DNA of 38,152 bases, from assembly GCA_044356725.1 (NCBI GenBank), contig JBIKVS010000010.1:1-38152 (forward strand), given 5' to 3'. Source of the DNA: Minisyncoccia bacterium (GTDB taxonomy: Bacteria > Patescibacteriota > Minisyncoccia > SW-4-49-11). The position numbers were made by a program, and so were the translations under genes. This document shows positions 32,441-38,152 of this stretch, one piece after another. The notes beneath the pieces were generated by a model. The model was not told where the DNA came from. It worked only from the letters and a program-made list of their open reading frames with translations, and made no database searches. Numbering within the stretch: the first letter of the stretch is position 1; each line of letters starts with the position of its first letter.

Positions 32441-33139
32441 ATGGGTTATTTTATCTTTGATAATACCACCAATAGCTTAGATCTAGATGAAATACATCAT
32501 ATAAAAGATGTTTTGAGATTAAAGCCTGGGGCTAATATCAAAGCCACTGATGGCAAAGGGAACTTATATAACCTAAGAATAGCTAATCTCAAACCATTTA
32601 ATCTAGAGATTATAAATATAGAAAATATAGCTAATAATAATATTTATATTAGATGTGTTATAGCCACAATCAAAGTACCTTTATTAGAGTTGATAATTCA
32701 AAAATTAACTGAAATTGGGGTTGATGAGATTATTGTCACTAAGACAAAGTTTGCTCAAATTGGCCTAGACAAACTTGAGAATAAATTACAGCGTTGGCAA
32801 ACTATTATTAATACGGCTTGCAAACAAGCTGAAAGAGTTCACTTCCCTACTATGTCAATTCAAAATATAGATGAAATTGAGTATGCAGCTAATAACAGTT
32901 TAAACTTAATTGGAGATACTCAGTTTAGTGATAATCCTCAGGATATAAAATCTATCAATCTTAATAATATTACAAATATCACACTTCTAATTGGTCCAGA
33001 AGGAGGTTTTGAGAAGCAGGAATACACTAATTTAGTAGAGAAATATAATTATGTCCCTGTAACCTTTACTCCATATATTCTAAGGTCTGAGACAGCTGCA
33101 ATTGTTGGTACAGGAATATTAAAAAATTTAGTTTTATAG
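32441..33139 (+). CDS. rsmE: 16S rRNA m3U1498 methyltransferase RsmE
   Basis: HHIKDVLRL, IQKLTEIGV, IGPEGGF and ILRSETA motifs. Confidence 0.95.
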   Translation: MGYFIFDNTTNSLDLDEIHHIKDVLRLKPGANIKATDGKGNLYNLRIANLKPFNLEIINIENIANNNIYIRCVIATIKVPLLELIIQKLTEIGVDEIIVTKTKFAQIGLDKLENKLQRWQTIINTACKQAERVHFPTMSIQNIDEIEYAANNSLNLIGDTQFSDNPQDIKSINLNNITNITLLIGPEGGFEKQEYTNLVEKYNYVPVTFTPYILRSETAAIVGTGILKNLVL

Positions 33140-34420
33140 TTCTAACTCAGCTTCTATAACATCCACTTCTACCTTGGGTAGCTCTAGAGTATCTACATTT
33201 TTAAGTTTTCTCTCAATTGCACGCGCTCTCGTTGCTCCTGCATCAATTTGATTAGAGGCTTCTTGTAATTTTTTCTGAGTTCTTTCTAAAATTTCTCCAA
33301 ATCTACCGAATTCAGTTTTAACCTCAGATAAAGTTTGCCAAATTTCACTGGATTGTTTTTCAATAGCGAGTGTCCTAAATCCCATTTGTAAGCTATTCAA
33401 AATCGCAGTAATAGTAGTAGGTCCAGTTATCATAACTCTATATTCTCTTTGTATAAAATCCACTAATCCAGGTAATTTTAACACTTGTGCATAAAGACCC
33501 TCAATTGGTATAAATAAAATAGCAAAGTCGGTGGTATTAGGCGGATCAATATATTTAGTCTTAATCTTTTTACCTTCATCTTTGAGCCTTTTTTCAATCG
33601 CTTTATTAGCAGCATCAATAGCTAGTCTATCATTAGCATCCTCCGCATCTAGGAGTCGTTGATAATCTTCAATCGGGAATTTTGCATCAATAGGTAGCCA
33701 AATATGGTCTAGATTTTTATCTTTACCTGGTAATTTGATAGCATACTCTACAATATCTTTAGAATCTTTTTTAGTAGCTACATTAGCTTGATATTGGTCT
33801 TTAGTCAAAATTTGCTCTAAGAGATTGCCAAGCTGAACTTCTCCCCAAGTTCCTCTAGTTTTAACATTGGATAATACCTTTTTTAAATCTCCCACTCCAA
33901 CTGCTAAATGCTGCATTTCTCCAAGCCCCTTATGAACTTGTTCTAATCTTTCACTTACTGACTGGAATGATTGAGCTAATCTTTTTTCTAAAGTAGATTG
34001 TAATTTTTCATCTACAGTTTCTCGCATTTTTTCAAGCTTCTGATTATTATCTTTTTGCAGTTCGGTTAATCTTTGTTCTACTGTATTACGAATAAGTTCT
34101 AATTTAGTACTATTTTGTTTAGTTAATTCCATTAATTGCTGAGAGAATATTTCTAATTGACTTTTTTGCATTACAGAGGATTCATGCATTCGCTTCAATA
34201 ATGAATTGCCAAAGGCATTTAAATTATTCCCCATTTCAACTCTTCCTTCTTGAGCTAATTCTCTAGAGTCTTTTCGAATTGTCTGTAAATCATCCTTTAA
34301 TCTTTTTTCTGAATTAGATAATAGATTATCTAGATTATTATCTGTTTTATTGTTTTTAACCAAAAAGATGACTAATATCTGTAAAATAACAATAATTGAT
34401 CCTATTATATAAATTTCCAT
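33134..34420 (-). CDS. rmuC: DNA recombination protein RmuC
   Basis: KTRGTWGEVQL, PIDAKFP and YIDPPNTTDFA motifs. Confidence 0.96.
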   Translation of the reverse strand: MEIYIIGSIIVILQILVIFLVKNNKTDNNLDNLLSNSEKRLKDDLQTIRKDSRELAQEGRVEMGNNLNAFGNSLLKRMHESSVMQKSQLEIFSQQLMELTKQNSTKLELIRNTVEQRLTELQKDNNQKLEKMRETVDEKLQSTLEKRLAQSFQSVSERLEQVHKGLGEMQHLAVGVGDLKKVLSNVKTRGTWGEVQLGNLLEQILTKDQYQANVATKKDSKDIVEYAIKLPGKDKNLDHIWLPIDAKFPIEDYQRLLDAEDANDRLAIDAANKAIEKRLKDEGKKIKTKYIDPPNTTDFAILFIPIEGLYAQVLKLPGLVDFIQREYRVMITGPTTITAILNSLQMGFRTLAIEKQSSEIWQTLSEVKTEFGRFGEILERTQKKLQEASNQIDAGATRARAIERKLKNVDTLELPKVEVDVIEAELEL

Positions 34421-34421
34421 A

Positions 34422-35453
34422 TTATTCTTCTTCTAAACCTTTTACAAAAATTGAGATAACCGATACTACTGGCAAAGCAATTAAGGCTCCTAAAGCCCCA
34501 GCCAATGATGTACCTAGTAGAATAACTATCATCACAATCAAAGTATGTATACCGGTTACTTTTCTCATAATTAATGGGGTCATAAAGTTCCCATCCACCT
34601 GTTGTAATATGAGATAAAATAAGCCTGTAGCTAAAAATATCTTAAAGCCACCAGTTAAGGCCAAAATTAAAGCTGGTATTGCTGATAGAATTGGTCCAAT
34701 AATTGGAATTATATTCAAAAAAGCAGCTATGACAGACAATAACAAGGCATAAGGAACTTGGATAATTAATAAAAATGGATAAGTTACAATGGCCAGTATA
34801 AGGGATATAAGTAATTGTCCTGCCAACCAATAACCCACCTTATATCTGGCTTGATTAATTTTAGTACTGACCAATCTATGCTTTTTGGCAGGGAAAAACA
34901 TATTAATAATATCATCTAAATTTTTTGGTCTAATCGCCATATAAAAGGTAGCGGCAAAGAAAAACGCTATATAAAAGATAGTATTAATAATATTTTGGGT
35001 TGTAAAAAATAAACCCGTAATAATATCCCATGTTACCTCACCAATATTAACATTCCCTCCTGTGGTAGAGTTCAGATATTCAACTATATTAAAGTCTGGT
35101 CTATCAATGATATTACCTATAAATGAATTAAAGTCACTAAATAGTTTTGGCAAATTATTAACTAAAGTTGTGAATTCACTACTAATAGTAGGCACTATTA
35201 GTTGATATAATAATGCAGCTATTCCAAATATTACTGAAAGTACGAAGAACACTCCTAGCTGATAAGGAATTTTTAGTGAGCTATTCATAAATCTTGCCCC
35301 CAATACAAGCCCAGAAGAGACAATAAAAGCTAAAATAGTAATAACTACTACATCTCTTAGTAAAAATATAATCCAAATCCCCCCCAAAAATAAAGCTCCT
35401 TGCAATAAAGATTTCAAATTAAGATCGAGAACATAATTATTATTTTGTTTCAT
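34422..35453 (-). CDS. AI-2E family transporter (PerM-like)
   Basis: NIIPIIGP, QQVDGNFMTPLIM and GALIALPV motifs. Confidence 0.92.
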   Translation of the reverse strand: MKQNNNYVLDLNLKSLLQGALFLGGIWIIFLLRDVVVITILAFIVSSGLVLGARFMNSSLKIPYQLGVFFVLSVIFGIAALLYQLIVPTISSEFTTLVNNLPKLFSDFNSFIGNIIDRPDFNIVEYLNSTTGGNVNIGEVTWDIITGLFFTTQNIINTIFYIAFFFAATFYMAIRPKNLDDIINMFFPAKKHRLVSTKINQARYKVGYWLAGQLLISLILAIVTYPFLLIIQVPYALLLSVIAAFLNIIPIIGPILSAIPALILALTGGFKIFLATGLFYLILQQVDGNFMTPLIMRKVTGIHTLIVMIVILLGTSLAGALGALIALPVVSVISIFVKGLEEE

Positions 35454-35485
35454 ATATATATTAGATTATATAATCCTATTATACA

Positions 35486-36382
35486 CTATTTTTGACAAAA
35501 TGGACAGAAGACAGTAGTACGACTATTAATGACTGTTTTCTGTAAGAGTTTTTGGCATCCAAAACACTGTTTTCCAGCTTTACCATATACTTTATGTTCT
35601 CTAGCATAAGTCCCTCTAGAGCCATCAGCCATAATATAATTAGCAATTGAAGAGCCTCCCATCTCAACAGCTTTTGGTATAATTTCTATAATGGACTGAT
35701 AAAGTTTATCCACCTCTTTTTTGGTTAGGGTATTAGATAATCTAGTTGGTAGAATACCCGCTTTGAAACATACCTCATCGGCATAGATATTCCCAAGACC
35801 TGTGACAATTTCTTGATTTAATAGAACTGTTTTTAGCTTAGATTTTTTGGCTTTTAAATTTTTATATAAATACTCAGCCGTAAATTTATCATCAAAAGGA
35901 TCAAGTCCAATTTTATCAAAATGTCCTAATTTATAAACCACCTCTAAATCTGGATAAAGGAGCACATACCCAAACATCCTCACATCATTGTAATATAAAT
36001 TACCTTTATCTAGCTCAAAAATAATATGACTATGCTGATTTGGCAATTTACTCTCTGATAGCTCAATCGGATGTCCTCCTAGGACTTTATTTTTATCATC
36101 ATCTTGATAAACTAACTGACCTGTCATCTTGAGATGCACCAAAAGAACCTTCCCATTACTTAAATGAATAATTAAATTTTTGGCAACTCTAGTAATATCT
36201 GTAATCTTACTCCCAATGAGTTCGGTTTCAAACTCTTGTTTTTTATGCTCTAGAGGTTGCCTCACGGTCCCAGAACCACTCACTAATTTAGGTTTATGAA
36301 CTACTATAGATTGAATAGTCTTACCGATAACATAGGGTTTTAGACTTCGTCTTAAGCTCTCTACTTCTGGTAATTCTGGCAT
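35486..36382 (-). CDS. mutM: Formamidopyrimidine-DNA glycosylase
   Basis: MPELPEVE, HLKMTG, GLGNIYADE and a C-terminal C4 zinc finger. Confidence 0.97.
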   Translation of the reverse strand: MPELPEVESLRRSLKPYVIGKTIQSIVVHKPKLVSGSGTVRQPLEHKKQEFETELIGSKITDITRVAKNLIIHLSNGKVLLVHLKMTGQLVYQDDDKNKVLGGHPIELSESKLPNQHSHIIFELDKGNLYYNDVRMFGYVLLYPDLEVVYKLGHFDKIGLDPFDDKFTAEYLYKNLKAKKSKLKTVLLNQEIVTGLGNIYADEVCFKAGILPTRLSNTLTKKEVDKLYQSIIEIIPKAVEMGGSSIANYIMADGSRGTYAREHKVYGKAGKQCFGCQKLLQKTVINSRTTVFCPFCQK

Positions 36383-36394
36383 AATATTGAATGA

Positions 36395-37141
36395 TTATTT
36401 TTTCTTATACTCTAATTTTTGCCTCAAATCATCTACAAAATCAGTTTTAATATCCAAAAAATCATAGAGATTAGAATATGCCTTTTCATTAGGTACTAAT
36501 AAGGTATTTAGTTTTCCTTGACTTTTCAGATACTGAACTAAAGTATAAAAATCACCATCTCCACTCACTATAACTGCTTGGTCATATTGATTAATTTGAG
36601 TGAGAGCATATAATACCATCTCAGCATCTACATTGCCCTTTAATTCACCTTGTTTAGTGGCTAAAGTTGGTTTAAAAACAAGATGATATCCAAAATCTTG
36701 CAAAGCCGAATATAATTGCTGATTGGTATTCACCATACCAATAAACATATACGCCTTTTTAACCCCATAATGCGTATCTAAATACTCTCTGAATGCCTTA
36801 TAATCTAAGCTCCAACCTTGACTTTGAATAGATTTATTTAAATTCTGCCCATCAATGAAAGCAAAGTTTGGCCGCTTTGGAGAGTACTTGGATTGTGAAG
36901 AATTAACTCCCACTCCAATATTCTTCTTCATACCTTTATGCATGGGCTTTATTGCTTTCGACTGCGGTGTATGTGAGGGTTTATAGGCTTTATGCTCTGA
37001 TAATAACTTAGCTTTAAGTTCTGAGTTATTAGCTTTAACTTCAATCTTAGTAGCTGGCTTAATATCTTTATCTACAATTTCATCTGCACTACTAAAAAAG
37101 CCTCCTTTAGGTCTAAAGGGTTGCTTATATTTTTTTTTCAT
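36395..37141 (-). CDS. NYN-domain (LabA/DUF88 PIN-like) protein with basic N-terminal extension
   Basis: AFIDGQNL, KGNVDAEM and SGDGDF motifs. Confidence 0.9.
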   Translation of the reverse strand: MKKKYKQPFRPKGGFFSSADEIVDKDIKPATKIEVKANNSELKAKLLSEHKAYKPSHTPQSKAIKPMHKGMKKNIGVGVNSSQSKYSPKRPNFAFIDGQNLNKSIQSQGWSLDYKAFREYLDTHYGVKKAYMFIGMVNTNQQLYSALQDFGYHLVFKPTLATKQGELKGNVDAEMVLYALTQINQYDQAVIVSGDGDFYTLVQYLKSQGKLNTLLVPNEKAYSNLYDFLDIKTDFVDDLRQKLEYKKK

Positions 37142-37239
37142 AACAAAATATTAAAATAATAACAATTTAGAGTAACAATATTTAATTAACAATAATCTCA
37201 AATAACCAATATCAAATACTACTCTTTGCTTATTATAGC

Positions 37240-37818
37240 TTATAATTTGAATTTATGCAAAAACTCATCAATACTATCCAGAGATTGTTTTACCGTATCT
37301 GCAAATTTAATATTAGGAATAACTATATCAAATTTATATTTAAAAGATAATTCATACTCTGCGCGTTGCAATCTTTTCTCTAATTCGGCTTGTGTCTCAG
37401 TAGCTCTATATTTTAATCTCTCTCTCAATACTTCTATACTTGGAACATCTAGAAATATAGTCAATAATCTACTTCCAAGTCGTTTTTTTAATTCCAAAGC
37501 CCCGTGTACATCTATAGCTAGAATTGGCACCTTACCCTGTTTAGCAAAATTTTCAATCTCCGAGTTAAGAGTGCCATACAAAATATCCGGATAAACTTCT
37601 TCCCACTCCAAAAATTCATCTTTTGATATCTTCTCTTGAAATTCTTGTAAACTTAAAAAATGATAGTCTTTCCCTTCTATTTCATTCACTCTTGGAGCTC
37701 TGGTAGTAGCTGAGATAGATCTTGCAAATCTCCTAGATGATCTTAGTATTTTTTGAGTTACAGTAGACTTCCCTCCTCCTGAAGGTGAGGAAATAGTGAT
37801 TAACGGAGATTTTAACAT
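37240..37818 (-). CDS. gmk: Guanylate kinase
   Basis: SPSGGGKST, SATTRAPR..E..G.DYHF and YGT motifs. Start chosen at MLKSPL (37818). Confidence 0.96.
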   Translation of the reverse strand: MLKSPLITISSPSGGGKSTVTQKILRSSRRFARSISATTRAPRVNEIEGKDYHFLSLQEFQEKISKDEFLEWEEVYPDILYGTLNSEIENFAKQGKVPILAIDVHGALELKKRLGSRLLTIFLDVPSIEVLRERLKYRATETQAELEKRLQRAEYELSFKYKFDIVIPNIKFADTVKQSLDSIDEFLHKFKL

Positions 37819-37888
37819 TAATTTATAATATTTTATAGTATATCTTATAATTATACCATAAATTAGATAAAAATTCAATAAAACAAAG

Positions 37889-37923
37889 AAAAAAGCCCGC
37901 TTCACCGATACTGATGTGCAGGC
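37889..37923 (-). terminator. Intrinsic terminator
   Basis: Minus strand GCCTGC-AC...GTGAA-GCGGGC followed by a T tract. Confidence 0.55.
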
Positions 37924-38024
37924 CATAGAGTTTACTAGTATCCGGTTTCATCTGTATATTTATAATCTATTCTTTCGTCACCATTGATACCATTATCTTC
38001 TTCCGCTTGTTCTTCCGCTTGTAT

Positions 38025-38152
38025 GCGCATATTCTATAATCAAAAGCACCACTAGGGTATATAATAAATAAGTAGTGGCATATATAAGCTAAGAAATAGA
38101 ATATATGAAACATATAGATATAGAAGAAAGGGTAAAAATAAGTGAATTTGTC
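38025..38152 (+). mobile_element. Left end of probable IS30-family element with transposase start at 38105 (cut by window edge)
   Basis: ATG 38105 gives MKHIDIEERVKISEFV, like the IS30 transposase N-terminal HTH start (KHLTxEER..I); preceded by IR-like CATATTCTATAATCAAAAGCACCACT. Confidence 0.6.

Noticed and set aside
37819-37926. 36-aa N-terminal extension of guanylate kinase
   Set aside because: It overlaps a terminator and AT-rich promoter region; homology begins at MLKSPL.

Overview
AT-rich bacterial chromosomal segment, very probably from a Patescibacteria (CPR, Parcubacteria-like) genome. Evidence: 16S signature variants, shortened 23S helices, degenerate PriA, a lamin-tail-domain protein and secG next to a solute-binding protein. 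Housekeeping genes are murJ, metG, greA, priA, ruvB, secG, rsmE, rmuC, mutM and gmk. The 16S gene is unlinked from the 23S-5S genes, each unit has its own promoter, and there is one tRNA-Gln(CUG). Both window ends run into IS-like ends, and the left one interrupts a type IV pilin gene. The most unusual region is 17.2-20.6 kb, immediately 3' of the 5S gene. There, two copies of a 138-bp attI-like module each end exactly at the GTT core of an integron-style gene cassette with a collapsed attC. A perfect 38-bp duplication of the 5S rRNA 3' end brackets the second module, and no integrase is present. Other oddities: stand-alone, mostly GC-richer orphan genes packaged with a consensus sigma70 promoter, SD and terminator; a 62-nt two-hairpin insertion in 23S domain V; a nested multi-hairpin REP-like repeat family; a GNAT/unknown/transglutaminase-like three-domain fusion; sucrose phosphorylase; and a DpnI-like nuclease. 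All calls were made by eye with no database searches.
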